Source: Candidatus Arthromitus sp. SFB-rat-Yit (GTDB lineage Bacteria; Bacillota; Clostridia; Clostridiales; Clostridiaceae). Taken from it: a stretch of 32,000 nucleotides of DNA. Location of the stretch: the NCBI RefSeq assembly GCF_000283555.1, contig NC_016012.1:600001-632000 (forward strand), given 5' to 3'. The translations under genes and the position numbers were made by a program. Each line of letters begins with the position of its first letter. Position 1 is the first letter of the stretch. Positions 8,807 to 18,594 of the stretch are shown here, piece by piece. The notes under the pieces are model-generated. The model was not told where the DNA came from and ran no database searches. It saw only the letters and a program-made list of their open reading frames with translations.

Positions 8807-9997
8807 TTAATATTCCATAACTGGAGGATGTGTAAAGTCATCGTTAGGTAACGTTTTTTTGCTTAAAATAGAATAAGCTCTTGTGCTTAAAATATCTAAT
8901 GCTGCTATTGATGAAGTCTTTTTGTCAAACTTTGAGATTAAATTTATATCGCAAGATTTTTTGATTATGTTTAACAAAGATTTTCCTTTTGAATCAAACC
9001 CGATAATCCTGACATAGTTATGAAGATCCTCAATTTCTTTTATATTATAATTTTCAAATCCTATAAAAAATTTGCAAAGAATTCGACTCAATCTTGAATA
9101 TGGATATCTTTTTGATTTTACATTTAAGATCAAATTATTTAAAGAGTTTGATTTATTAATTTCTGCGTAAAATTTGTTATCAAGTCCTTCGCTTATTTCA
9201 TTGATTTTTGATAATTGTTTATTCGTTAAAAGTTTGTATTTTAAATATGGGAACATATCTTCTCTATTTACAAAACATTTTTCAGTGAAAGATTCTTTTA
9301 AGATTTTAAAAGTTTCTTTTGGAACATGATCTTTGATGATAGATATATCAGAATTATTGTTCAAAATATTTCTTATTGATGTTGCAGATGAAAAAATTTT
9401 ATCTAAAGATCTATCATTATAGTTACTTCCGATTCGTTTAATGGGTAGTGCCTTTATCTTACTGTTTAAAATTTTTAAAGATTTGAGATATTCGATTGCT
9501 AAAATGTTGTTGGAACTTTTCATTAAATTTGTTAAGTTTTCATTTCTAGATTTTTCAAGCACAATTAACTCTTGTACTTTTGCGAATGAATAACCTTTGT
9601 TTAAATATTTGGAATGAATTGTTTTATCTGATTCTATTAAGATATTCGCAATTAAATCTAGGTTTTTTTCATCTGGAATTTCACACCCAAAACAAATGTA
9701 ATCTACGCATTTTAGAGAATTTAGGATTTTAATTGCACCATATGAAAAATTTTCTGCAGAAGACAAGGAAATGTGTACAGGTATTTCTAAACATAAATTA
9801 ACACCATTTTTAATAACAGATTCACAACGTTTAAATTTATTTATAATGCTGGGTTCTCCTCTTTGTATGAAATTACCACTCATGATTGAAATAATTATAA
9901 CATCTTCTGTGTGGAATATTTTTTTGATTTGTTCGATTTGATGGAGATGTCCAAGGTGGAATGGATTATATTCAGATATTATGGCAACAACTTTCAC
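8807..9997 (-). CDS. tmcAL: Nucleotidyltransferase YlbM / tRNA(Met) cytidine acetate ligase
   Basis: VVAIISEYNPFHLGHLHQIEQIK and IISIMSGNFIQRGEPSI. The GTG at 9997 is preceded by aaaaaggag, so the track ORF start (10081) is probably too long. Confidence 0.92.
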   Translation of the reverse strand: MKVVAIISEYNPFHLGHLHQIEQIKKIFHTEDVIIISIMSGNFIQRGEPSIINKFKRCESVIKNGVNLCLEIPVHISLSSAENFSYGAIKILNSLKCVDYICFGCEIPDEKNLDLIANILIESDKTIHSKYLNKGYSFAKVQELIVLEKSRNENLTNLMKSSNNILAIEYLKSLKILNSKIKALPIKRIGSNYNDRSLDKIFSSATSIRNILNNNSDISIIKDHVPKETFKILKESFTEKCFVNREDMFPYLKYKLLTNKQLSKINEISEGLDNKFYAEINKSNSLNNLILNVKSKRYPYSRLSRILCKFFIGFENYNIKEIEDLHNYVRIIGFDSKGKSLLNIIKKSCDINLISKFDKKTSSIAALDILSTRAYSILSKKTLPNDDFTHPPVMEY

Positions 9998-10084
9998 TAA
10001 AACAAACTCCTTTTTAAAAATAAATAATAAAAAATATATTATAAATTGTAATATAAAGTAAAATTTTAAACATGTAAACATGTA

Positions 10085-10112
10085 TTGTTTTGATTTTGTG
10101 ATTATAGATAAT
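10085..10112 (+). promoter_or_regulatory. Putative promoter of pta-ackA
   Basis: TTGTTT - 16 nt - GATAAT in the divergent intergenic region. Confidence 0.4.
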
Positions 10113-10184
10113 GGTTGAAGAGTGTAGGTAAGTAGTTTATAATTGAAGTGAGTTTATATTTTGTTGCTTTGGAAGGAGCTATAT

Positions 10185-11183
10185 ATGAGACTATTAGAAA
10201 AAATTATAGAGTCAGCTAAAAATGATGTAAAAAAAATAATTTTACCAGAAGGAACTGAAGAGAGAACTATTAAAGCTACTGAAAAAATTATTAAGGAAAA
10301 AATAGCGAATATTGTATTAATAGGAAATGAAGATGTAATTAAATCTAAGGCTAACAGTTTAGGAGTTAATATAGAGGGTGCAATTATAGTCGATCCAATT
10401 AAGTCAGAAAAATATGATGAATATGTGAATTTATTTTTTGAATTAAGAAAAAATAAGGGTATGACTATTGAAAAAGCTAAGGAAATAGTTAAAGATGAAA
10501 TATATTTTGGGACTTTAATGCTTAAAAATGGGGATGCTGATGGGATGGTTTCTGGTGCCGTACATACAACAGCAGATCTTTTAAGACCTGGAATGCAAAT
10601 AATAAAGACTTCCCCGGGAACAAAAATTGTTTCAAGCTTTTTTATAATGGATGTTCCTAATAAAAATTATGGTCATGATGGAATATTATTTTTTGGAGAT
10701 TCAGCAGTTAATCCGAATCCAACAGCTGAAGAATTGGCATGTATAGCTATATCTACTGCAGATAACGCTAAAGCTTTAAGTGGGGTAGATCCCAAGGTTG
10801 CATTATTATCTTTTTCGTCAATGGGTAGTGCAAAGCATGAGTTGGTAGATAAGGTTATTGAAGCACATAGAATTGCAAATGAGTTAAGACCTGATTTAAT
10901 GATTGAAGGTGAACTTCAATTAGATACTGCGATAGTTGCTGATGTTTGTAAAACTAAAGCACCTAATAGCAGAATTAAAGGAATGGCAAATATTTTAATA
11001 TTCCCAGATCTTCAATCAGGTAATATTGGGTATAAGCTTGTTGAGAGATTAGCTAATGCAGATGCTATAGGTCCAATATGTCAAGGATTTGCTAAACCTT
11101 TAAATGATTTATCAAGAGGGTGTAGTGTGAACGATATTGTAACTATGGTTGCGGTTACAGCAGTTCAGGCTAAAACAAAATAG
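10185..11183 (+). CDS. pta: Phosphate acetyltransferase
   Basis: MRLLEKIIESAKNDVKKIILPEGTEERT, DADGMVSGAVHTTADLLRPG and SFSSMGSAKHE. ATG at 10185 follows ggagc. Confidence 0.96.
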   Translation: MRLLEKIIESAKNDVKKIILPEGTEERTIKATEKIIKEKIANIVLIGNEDVIKSKANSLGVNIEGAIIVDPIKSEKYDEYVNLFFELRKNKGMTIEKAKEIVKDEIYFGTLMLKNGDADGMVSGAVHTTADLLRPGMQIIKTSPGTKIVSSFFIMDVPNKNYGHDGILFFGDSAVNPNPTAEELACIAISTADNAKALSGVDPKVALLSFSSMGSAKHELVDKVIEAHRIANELRPDLMIEGELQLDTAIVADVCKTKAPNSRIKGMANILIFPDLQSGNIGYKLVERLANADAIGPICQGFAKPLNDLSRGCSVNDIVTMVAVTAVQAKTK

Positions 11184-11227
11184 TTATACACTTTGGAAAA
11201 ACATAATTATGTTAAGGAGATAGTGGA

Positions 11228-12424
11228 ATGAAAATTTTGGTTATAAATTGTGGAAGCTCTTCTTTGAAGTATCAATTGATTGATATGGATACAGAAAATG
11301 CAATTGCTAAAGGTCTAGTTGAGAGAATAGGTATATCAGGCTCTAATTTAGAACAAAAAATTGTTGGATCTGATGAGAAGTATAAAGTGGAAGTTGATCT
11401 TAAAGATCATAAAGAAGCTATTGCGTTGGTTTTAGAAACATTATGTGATAAGAGATTTGGATTAATAAAAGACTTAAACGAAATTAATGCTATTGGACAT
11501 AGGGTAGTACATGGTGGAGAAAAATATTCTAAATCTGTTATCGTAGATGAAAATGTTATAAAAAATATAGAAGAGTGTATTAAGCTTGCACCACTTCATA
11601 ATCCTGCGAATCTTATAGGAATAAAAGCGTGTAAAGAGTTGATGAAAGATACCCCTATGGTTGTTGTTTTTGATACAGCATTTCATCAAACTATACCAGA
11701 TAAAGCGTTTATGTATGGATTACCATATGAGTTCTATGAAAAATATTCAATAAGAAAATACGGATTCCATGGAACAAGTCATTTCTTTGTTGCAAATGAA
11801 TGTGCAAAGGCTATGGGTAAAAATATAGAAAATTTAAAAATAATAACTTGCCATTTAGGTAATGGTGCTAGTGTTAGTGCTATTAATGGCGGGAGAAGTG
11901 TTGATACATCAATGGGATTCACGCCATTACAAGGGCTTATGATGGGCACAAGATGTGGAGATATAGACCCTGCAGTTGTAACATTTTTAATAAATGAGCT
12001 TAATATGAGTGCAAAAGAAGTAGATGAACTTATGAATAAGAAATCTGGATTTCTTGGGGTTTCAGGGAAAAGCAGTGATTCAAGAGATATTGAGGATTTA
12101 CAAAAACAAGGCGATAAGAGAGCGGAATTAACTTTAGAAATGTATTGTTATAGAATTAAGTCTTATATTGGAGCTTACATTGCTGCAATGAATGGAGTGG
12201 ATGCTATTGTATTTACTGCAGGTATAGGTGAAAATTCTCCTATTACAAGATATAATGTTTGTAAAGATATGGAGAATCTTGGAATTATAATTGATGAAAA
12301 TAAAAATAATGTAAGAGGAAAGTTGACAGAAATTTCTTCAGATAATTCTAAAGTTAAAGTCTATTTAGTTCCAACGAATGAAGAACTTGTTATAGCGAAA
12401 GATACTCAAGCATTATTGAAGTAA
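11228..12424 (+). CDS. ackA: Acetate kinase
   Basis: [33 protein letters not shown] and TAGIGENSP. Confidence 0.98.
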   Translation: MKILVINCGSSSLKYQLIDMDTENAIAKGLVERIGISGSNLEQKIVGSDEKYKVEVDLKDHKEAIALVLETLCDKRFGLIKDLNEINAIGHRVVHGGEKYSKSVIVDENVIKNIEECIKLAPLHNPANLIGIKACKELMKDTPMVVVFDTAFHQTIPDKAFMYGLPYEFYEKYSIRKYGFHGTSHFFVANECAKAMGKNIENLKIITCHLGNGASVSAINGGRSVDTSMGFTPLQGLMMGTRCGDIDPAVVTFLINELNMSAKEVDELMNKKSGFLGVSGKSSDSRDIEDLQKQGDKRAELTLEMYCYRIKSYIGAYIAAMNGVDAIVFTAGIGENSPITRYNVCKDMENLGIIIDENKNNVRGKLTEISSDNSKVKVYLVPTNEELVIAKDTQALLK

Positions 12425-12523
12425 TTTTAAATATTGACAATTTATGTAGTAGAATTATATAATTTATATGATAATTTAATGTTTAGTCACACATTGGACT
12501 ATTAAGTGAGGTTAAATTAAATC

Positions 12524-13033
12524 ATGCAGATAAATTTGAGAGAATACAAAAAGAATAAGGTTTTAAAGAGGGATGAAGAGTTTTCTATTCCATTACAGGA
12601 TCTTAATGTTTATGATGGAGAAGATTTTAAATTTGTTGATGATATTAGGGTTAAGGCGAATGTATTAATTTCTGATGATTTGATACAATTTAAATTTGAC
12701 ATTCATACGAAATTTAGTTTTAATTGTTCCAGATGTCTAATTGAATTTATTAAAGATTTTGATTTAAAGTGTGACGATGAGATGTTATTAAATAATTTGG
12801 ATGAGGATATTATTTTAGATTCCGACCAAAATTTAGATTTTAAAGGTTATATAAAGAATTGTGTAGTTGTTAGTATACCTCAGAAAAAATTATGTAAGGA
12901 TGGTTGTTTGGGTTTATGTCAAAAGTGTGGCGTAGATTTAAATAATAATAAATGTAGTTGTGAAAAGGAAGAGTTTAGCAATGCATTTTATAAGTTAAAA
13001 GAAATTTTTGCAGATTTTAAGGAGGTGGAGTAA
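12524..13033 (+). CDS. DUF177 / YceD family protein
   Basis: CSRCLIEFIKDFDL...DLNNNKCSC cysteine pattern. Located immediately upstream of, and overlapping, rpmF. Confidence 0.92.
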   Translation: MQINLREYKKNKVLKRDEEFSIPLQDLNVYDGEDFKFVDDIRVKANVLISDDLIQFKFDIHTKFSFNCSRCLIEFIKDFDLKCDDEMLLNNLDEDIILDSDQNLDFKGYIKNCVVVSIPQKKLCKDGCLGLCQKCGVDLNNNKCSCEKEEFSNAFYKLKEIFADFKEVE

Positions 13034-13215
13034 TGGGAAATCCAGCGCGTAAATTTTCTAATGGGAGAAGAGATAGTAGGAGAGCACAAACTTTTAAGTT
13101 ATCAGCTCCAAATGTTATGGAGTGTCCACAATGTCATGAAATTAAATTGCCTCACAGAGCATGTAAAAAGTGTGGCTTTTATAATGGTAAGCAAGTTGTG
13201 TCAGTTAAAAATTAA
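13033..13215 (+). CDS. rpmF: 50S ribosomal protein L32
   Basis: MGNPARKFSNGRRDSRRAQTFKL...CPQCHEIKLPHRACKKCGFYNGKQV. Confidence 0.97.
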   Translation: MGNPARKFSNGRRDSRRAQTFKLSAPNVMECPQCHEIKLPHRACKKCGFYNGKQVVSVKN

Positions 13216-13218
13216 TGG

Positions 13219-13260
13219 AACTGCCTAAATTAGTTTTTCTAGTTTAGGTAGTTTGTTTTT
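13219..13260 (+). terminator. Putative intrinsic terminator between rpmF and plsX
   Basis: aactgcctaaa...tttaggtagtt stem (one G:U) followed by tgttttt. Confidence 0.7.
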
Positions 13261-13273
13261 TAGGGGTAGAAAA

Positions 13274-14266
13274 ATGATTAGGATAGTACTTGATTGCATG
13301 GGGGGAGATAATTCGCCTAAGGCTCATGTAGAGGGTGCGATATTAGCTTCAAAAGAAAATAAGGATTTGTATATAATTTTAGTTGGAAAGAGCAAGGAAA
13401 TTTTGCGAGAGTTAAGTAAGTATGAGTTTGATAAAAATAAAATTAATATAGTTGATGCAGAGGATATTATTTATAGTTATGATGAACCAGTTAAATCTAT
13501 AAGGAGTAAAAAAAGATCAAGTTTGGTTGTTGCACTTAATGAATTAATTGATAAGGATTATGATGGGATTGTATCTACAGGTAATAGTGGTGCTTTTTTA
13601 GTTGGGTGTTTGTTTACCGTGGGGAAGATTAAAGGAGTTTTTAGACCTGCACTTGCTCCTATAATAGATAGAGAAAATGGAAGATTTATTTTATTGGACT
13701 CAGGGGCTAATGTTGATTGTGATGTAAAAAATATTGTACAATTTGCTGATCTTGGTCGGCTTTATTATGAAATATTATTCAAGAAAGATAATCCGACTGT
13801 AAAATTATTAAATATTGGAACAGAAAAGAATAAGGGTAATTCTGTTATTAGAAAGGCGTATGATCAATTGATGAATGATCCAAATATTAATTTCAAGGGG
13901 AATTTAGAAGCAAGAGATATATTTAAAGATGATACAAATGTTGTTGTGTGCGATGGTTTTATTGGGAATATTGCTTTAAAGATAATGGAAGGAACTAGTA
14001 AACATATAATCTCACTTGCTATTAAGGATATTTCAAAAAATTTTTTATATAAGATAGTTGAAAAAATTGTACCGTCTTTTTTGAATAGAGTTAAGGGTAA
14101 ATATGATTATAAAAAATATGGAGGAGCTGTATTTTTAGGTGTCAAAAAAGTATGTGTAAAATCTCATGGGAATTCGAATGAAATTACTATAAAAAATTCA
14201 ATTAATACAGCGTTTAAGCTAGTTAATGAGAAAATTATAAGTTCTATAGAAAAACTTTATTTATAA
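13274..14266 (+). CDS. plsX: Phosphate acyltransferase PlsX
   Basis: MIRIVLDCMGGDNSPKAHVEGA, STGNSGAFLVG and VVCDGFIGNIALKIMEG. Confidence 0.96.
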   Translation: MIRIVLDCMGGDNSPKAHVEGAILASKENKDLYIILVGKSKEILRELSKYEFDKNKINIVDAEDIIYSYDEPVKSIRSKKRSSLVVALNELIDKDYDGIVSTGNSGAFLVGCLFTVGKIKGVFRPALAPIIDRENGRFILLDSGANVDCDVKNIVQFADLGRLYYEILFKKDNPTVKLLNIGTEKNKGNSVIRKAYDQLMNDPNINFKGNLEARDIFKDDTNVVVCDGFIGNIALKIMEGTSKHIISLAIKDISKNFLYKIVEKIVPSFLNRVKGKYDYKKYGGAVFLGVKKVCVKSHGNSNEITIKNSINTAFKLVNEKIISSIEKLYL

Positions 14267-14277
14267 AAAATAAGATA

Positions 14278-14306
14278 TTGACTGTTAAACTTTTATAATT
14301 TATTAT
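14278..14306 (+). promoter_or_regulatory. Putative sigma-A promoter of acpP
   Basis: TTGACT - 17 nt - TATTAT. Confidence 0.6.
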
Positions 14307-14335
14307 GTTTATGTGATAAATGGGAGGTGAATGTA

Positions 14336-14566
14336 GTGTTTGAAAAAGTAAGAGATATAATTTCTGAAAAATTAAATGTTGATCAAGATGAGATTAAATT
14401 AGAATCATCTATAGTTGATGATTTAGGAGCTGATTCTATAGATTTGATCGAACTTATAATGAACCTTGAAGAAGAGTATGGTATAAGTATATCTGATGAA
14501 GAAGCTGTTAAATTAAAAACAGTTGGAGATGTTGTAGATTTTATAAACTCTCAAGTAGAAAATTAA
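14336..14566 (+). CDS. acpP: Acyl carrier protein
   Basis: [48 protein letters not shown] with the DSL-type phosphopantetheine site. The GTG at 14336 follows gggaggtg and is preferred over 14327. Confidence 0.97.
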   Translation: MFEKVRDIISEKLNVDQDEIKLESSIVDDLGADSIDLIELIMNLEEEYGISISDEEAVKLKTVGDVVDFINSQVEN

Positions 14567-14581
14567 GTTTATTTACATATT

Positions 14582-14620
14582 AGTCGTCTTAAACTGTTAT
14601 TGTGTTTTTGGCGACTTTTA
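14582..14620 (+). terminator. Weak terminator-like hairpin after acpP
   Basis: agtcgtc..aaac / gttt..ggcgact followed by tttaaatttt. The T-tract is imperfect. Confidence 0.35.
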
Positions 14621-14643
14621 AATTTTGGGGAGAAATATATCGT

Positions 14644-15327
14644 ATGCATGAAACACTTATTGACAAATTTCAAGAGATAATAGGCGTAAAGTTTAAAAAT
14701 ATAGATATATTAAATTTGGCATTAACACATAGTTCTTATGCTAATGAGCGTGGTTTGACAGAATACAATGAAAGACTGGAGTTCCTTGGAGATTCTGTAC
14801 TCCAATTATGTATAACAGAGTATTTGTATAAAAATTGTAAGGATAACAATGAGGGTGATCTTACTCGTAAGAGAGCATCTATAGTTTGTGAGGCATCGCT
14901 TTATAAAGTTGGAGAGAAATGGAAACTTGGAGAATTCATTAAGTTAAGTAAGGGGGAAAAATTAAGCGGTGGTAAAACAAGAATTTCTACTATAGCCGAT
15001 GCAGTAGAGGCGGTTATTGCAGCGGTTTATTTAGATAGTGGATATGAGTTTGCAAAAAAATTTATACTCAAATTTTTCTCATATATTTTGGATACAGGAG
15101 CAATAGTAAATTATTTAGACCATAAAACAAGACTTCAAGAATATATTCAATCTAAAACTACTGATAAGATAAAGTATAGCTTGATTAAGGAGGAAGGTCC
15201 TCCACATAATAAAGTATTTTATGTTCAGGTTATTATTGGTGAAAAAATATATGGATCAGGAACCGGTAAGTCTAAAAAAGAGGCTGAACAAAATGCTGCA
15301 TATAAAACTTTAAAATTATTTGAGTAG
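14644..15327 (+). CDS. rnc: Ribonuclease III
   Basis: NERLEFLGDSVLQL, a second conserved ADAVEAVIAAVYLDSG motif and a C-terminal dsRBD. ATG at 14644 after ggggag. Confidence 0.96.
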   Translation: MHETLIDKFQEIIGVKFKNIDILNLALTHSSYANERGLTEYNERLEFLGDSVLQLCITEYLYKNCKDNNEGDLTRKRASIVCEASLYKVGEKWKLGEFIKLSKGEKLSGGKTRISTIADAVEAVIAAVYLDSGYEFAKKFILKFFSYILDTGAIVNYLDHKTRLQEYIQSKTTDKIKYSLIKEEGPPHNKVFYVQVIIGEKIYGSGTGKSKKEAEQNAAYKTLKLFE

Positions 15328-15329
15328 TG

Positions 15330-15372
15330 CATTGAATTAGTAGTTTAATTGTGTGAAACTATTAATTCAATG
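15330..15372. repeat. Inverted repeat (17-bp stem) after rnc
   Basis: cattgaattagtagttt / aaactattaattcaatg (one G:U pair) around a 9-nt loop. No strong T-tract. Confidence 0.7.
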
Positions 15373-15527
15373 TAAATGTTTTAATGCGTTAATATAGTTG
15401 GAGAAAATTGTAAAAATCTTTTTGAGTAGAAATTTAAAAGGAAAAAAAAGGAAAAAGAGGAAATTGATAGAAGTATATAGGGGACAAATATTTAATAAAA
15501 CTTAAGAGAATTTTGGGAGGAACACTT

Positions 15528-15788
15528 ATGGAAATTTTAAAAGTATCAGCGCAATCTCAACCTAAAGCAGTTGCAGGAGCTCTAGCAGCAGTATTGAGAG
15601 ATAAGGCAGTAGCTGAGGTACAAGCAGTTGGGGCTGGGGCAGTAAATCAAGCGATAAAAGCTATTGTAATTACTAGAGGTTTTGTAGCTCCAAATGGTAT
15701 TGATTTGGTTGTTATACCAGCATTTTCTGAAATATCAATTGATGGTGAAGAAAGAACAGCAATTAAATTTATTGTTGAGCCTAAATAG
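15528..15788 (+). CDS. spoVS: Stage V sporulation protein S
   Basis: MEILKVSAQSQPKAVAGALAAVLRDKAVAEVQAVGAGAVNQAIKAIVITRGFVAPNG is nearly invariant for SpoVS. Confidence 0.97.
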   Translation: MEILKVSAQSQPKAVAGALAAVLRDKAVAEVQAVGAGAVNQAIKAIVITRGFVAPNGIDLVVIPAFSEISIDGEERTAIKFIVEPK

Positions 15789-15805
15789 ATTTTTTATATA
15801 AAGGG

Positions 15806-15840
15806 AAAAGGAGTAATATTATTACTCCTTTTGTTTTTTA
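15806..15840. terminator. Intrinsic terminator between convergent spoVS and the TIM-barrel gene
   Basis: aaaaggagtaat-att-attactcctttt perfect stem followed by gtttttt. Confidence 0.88.
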
Positions 15841-15841
15841 T

Positions 15842-16663
15842 TTACATACTTTCATAAATATTTTTCATTAGCAATGCATCTTTTTCGAGGATTGGGCTTT
15901 CACAAATTATACACCCTTTAATATCATATTTAGCAAAAGCACGAAGACATTCAGTTATATTGAAATCACTTTCTTCAAATGGAAGATGGTTTTTTTCTCC
16001 TTTTGCAGTGTATTCAATTCCAGATAAGTGAACATGAAAATCTTTGAGTGCATCTTCACCTAAATGTTCACCGATGTATTCAAATATTTTGGCAAAGTCG
16101 TCATATTCTTTTAATATTCCATTATATCTTGCGTGTATGTGTGAGAAGTCCACACAAAGTTTTACGTGATCATGATTTTTTACAAGATTACAAAGCTCTT
16201 TTAGATTCCCAAACTGAGTTTCTTTTCCAGTCGTTTCAAGTCTATAATATGATCCTGGTATTACTGGAAGTTTTCCTAATTCTTCATTTACAGAATTGAA
16301 AGTATCTTCTTTTGTTGAATCTAAATAAAATCCTGGATGAAATATAATATCAGTTCCACCCACAGATGACAACGCAAGTATTCCTTTCTCTAATCTTTCT
16401 ATTGACTTTTCTTTTTTTTCAACTTCTTTTGCATTCATATTTATAAAGTATGAGCCATGGGCTGTTATATGAAAATCATATTTTTCACGAGTAGTTTTCA
16501 CAGCTTCACGATTTTTATCTGTTATGTTTACAGATCGAACAAATGGAAGCTCCATTGCAGAAAGCCCAAGTGAATGTAAGTATTCTATCCCAGTTACATA
16601 TGTAAATTTTTCTGATCCATTTCCCATAGGTAGACCAGAAATTCCAAAGATAAGCTTATCCAT
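15842..16663 (-). CDS. Endonuclease-IV-like / xylose-isomerase-like TIM barrel protein
   Basis: Metal-ligand-like segments HITAHGSY, IIFHPGFY, RLETTGK, LCVDFSHIHAR, DFHVHLSG and CIICESP. Confidence 0.8.
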   Translation of the reverse strand: MDKLIFGISGLPMGNGSEKFTYVTGIEYLHSLGLSAMELPFVRSVNITDKNREAVKTTREKYDFHITAHGSYFINMNAKEVEKKEKSIERLEKGILALSSVGGTDIIFHPGFYLDSTKEDTFNSVNEELGKLPVIPGSYYRLETTGKETQFGNLKELCNLVKNHDHVKLCVDFSHIHARYNGILKEYDDFAKIFEYIGEHLGEDALKDFHVHLSGIEYTAKGEKNHLPFEESDFNITECLRAFAKYDIKGCIICESPILEKDALLMKNIYESM

Positions 16664-16720
16664 CTTTAATAATTACTCCTTTATAATAATCATTATTTTA
16701 ATTATATCATAATGGGTTTT

Positions 16721-16750
16721 ATAAATAAAATTTGATAAAATTTTATTTAT
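16721..16750. repeat. All-A/T perfect inverted repeat (13-bp stem, GATA loop)
   Basis: ataaataaaattt-gata-aaattttatttat in the divergent intergenic region. Confidence 0.7.
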
Positions 16751-16814
16751 CTTGAATAATAATTACACCTACTCTATAATTAAAATTAATTTATAAAATG
16801 GAAGTAATTGTATT

Positions 16815-17348
16815 ATGAGTTTTTATAAAATTACGGATACAGCTAAAAAATTGTTGTTTGAAAATGTTAAAGTAAAAAATATTTCTGTTGATTTCACTTT
16901 GGGTAGAGGTAACGATACTCTTTTTCTTAGTGAAAATTTTAATTATGTTTATTCTTTTGATTTACAAAAAGAGTGTATTAATGATTTTAAATTGAAAAAT
17001 ATCAAAAATGTAGAATTGATTTTAGATAGTCATGAAAATGTTGATAAGTATTTGGAAGAATTCGATTGTGGCATGTATAACTTGGGATATTTGCCAGCTT
17101 CAGACAAAAAGATAATAACAAATGTTGAATCCACTCTTATTAGTTTGCGTAAATCTGTAGATATTTTAAATGTTGGAGGTTTTATATCTGTTGTTTTATA
17201 TGTTGGTCATGATCAGGGAAGGGTTGAAAGTCGGGAGGTTCTGAAATTTTGTTGTGACCTTGACAATAAAAAATTTAATGTTGCTTATCTTAATTTGTTG
17301 AATAAAAATAATCCGCCATCTTTGGTATTAATTAATAAAATGAGGTAG
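16815..17348 (+). CDS. mnmM: Class I SAM-dependent methyltransferase, YtqB/MnmM-like
   Basis: VDFTLGRGNDTLFLSE, YNLGYLPASDKKI and GGFISVVLYVGHDQGRVE resemble the YtqB family. Confidence 0.75.
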   Translation: MSFYKITDTAKKLLFENVKVKNISVDFTLGRGNDTLFLSENFNYVYSFDLQKECINDFKLKNIKNVELILDSHENVDKYLEEFDCGMYNLGYLPASDKKIITNVESTLISLRKSVDILNVGGFISVVLYVGHDQGRVESREVLKFCCDLDNKKFNVAYLNLLNKNNPPSLVLINKMR

Positions 17349-17356
17349 TTTTATTT

Positions 17357-18574
17357 ATGAAAAATGTAATAGTTGTTGGATCGGGACCTGCTGGTATGAT
17401 GGCATCTATAGCAGCTGCTAAATGTGGTCATAAGGTGACGTTGCTTGAAGCAAGCAACAAAATAGCTAAAAAAATGTACATATCGGGCAAAGGTAGATGC
17501 AATGTAACAAACAACAAATCTATAGAGAGTTTTTTAGATAATGTATTAACGAATAAAGAGTTTTTATATAGTGCTCTTTATAGTTTTACGAATGAAGACA
17601 CGATAAAGTTTGTTGAAGATGGAGGAACTAAGCTTAAGGTTGAAAGGGGAGGTAGGGTTTTTCCGCTTTCTAACAAATCGAGTGATATAATTAAGAGTTT
17701 TGAAAAACAATTAAATAAAAATAATGTAGAAATTTTACTTGATTCAAAAGTTTCGAAAATAAATGTAAATAACAATATAGTTGAGTCGATTGAATTGTTA
17801 AATGATAAAATTATAAAGGGAGATCATTATATTTTTGCGACTGGAGGAGCATCATATCCTTTGACTGGATCTGATGGTAAACTTTTTAATGAATATAAAA
17901 GAATAGGTCATACTGTTACGAAATTAAAACCTTCTCTTGTTCCTTTAGAAATAAAGGAGAAATGGACTACGAAACTTCAAGGTGTTAGTATAAAGAATGT
18001 TAACATGATTCTTTATAAAAACAATAAAAAGGAAATTTCATTTCAAGGAGATTTTATATTCACTCATTTCGGTGTATCTGGACCGATTGTTTTAAAAATT
18101 AGTCGATATATTCTTGGGAATGAAAATTATTCTATAGAAATTGATTTGAAGCCAGCACTTGACGATAAAGAATTTGATTTAAGACTCCAAAAGGATTTTG
18201 TGAAATATAGCAATAAAGATTTTAAAAATTCTTTAGATGATTTATTGCCTCAAAAATTTATACCAATTATGGTTGACCTTGTAAAAATTGATCCAAATAA
18301 AAAGGTTAATTCTATTACAAAACAAGAGAGAAAACGAATTGTTGAATGTTTTAAACATCTTGTTATTAATGTCAAGGGATTAAGACCAATTAGTGAAGCT
18401 ATAGTAACAAGTGGAGGAATAGATGTTTATGAAATAAACCCTAGTACTATGAAATCAAAAATTATTAAGAATATTTCTTTTGCGGGAGAGGTTATGGATG
18501 TTGATGCTTTTACTGGTGGGTACAATATTCAAATAGCAATATCTACTGGATTTTTAGCAGGAAATAGTATTTGA
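17357..18574 (+). CDS. NAD(P)/FAD-dependent oxidoreductase, HI0933/YtfP family
   Basis: VVGSGPAGMMASIAAAKCGHKVTLLE, KMYISGKGRCNVTN, FATGGASYPLTGSDG and GGYNIQIAISTGFLAGNSI. Confidence 0.93.
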   Translation: MKNVIVVGSGPAGMMASIAAAKCGHKVTLLEASNKIAKKMYISGKGRCNVTNNKSIESFLDNVLTNKEFLYSALYSFTNEDTIKFVEDGGTKLKVERGGRVFPLSNKSSDIIKSFEKQLNKNNVEILLDSKVSKINVNNNIVESIELLNDKIIKGDHYIFATGGASYPLTGSDGKLFNEYKRIGHTVTKLKPSLVPLEIKEKWTTKLQGVSIKNVNMILYKNNKKEISFQGDFIFTHFGVSGPIVLKISRYILGNENYSIEIDLKPALDDKEFDLRLQKDFVKYSNKDFKNSLDDLLPQKFIPIMVDLVKIDPNKKVNSITKQERKRIVECFKHLVINVKGLRPISEAIVTSGGIDVYEINPSTMKSKIIKNISFAGEVMDVDAFTGGYNIQIAISTGFLAGNSI

Positions 18575-18594
18575 AGTTTGAGAGGTATGAAAAT

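Noticed and set aside
16048-16712. Plus-strand ORFs 16048-16299 and 16524-16712
   Set aside because: They are antisense to the TIM-barrel gene, with histidine/leucine-rich artefactual composition and no family resemblance.
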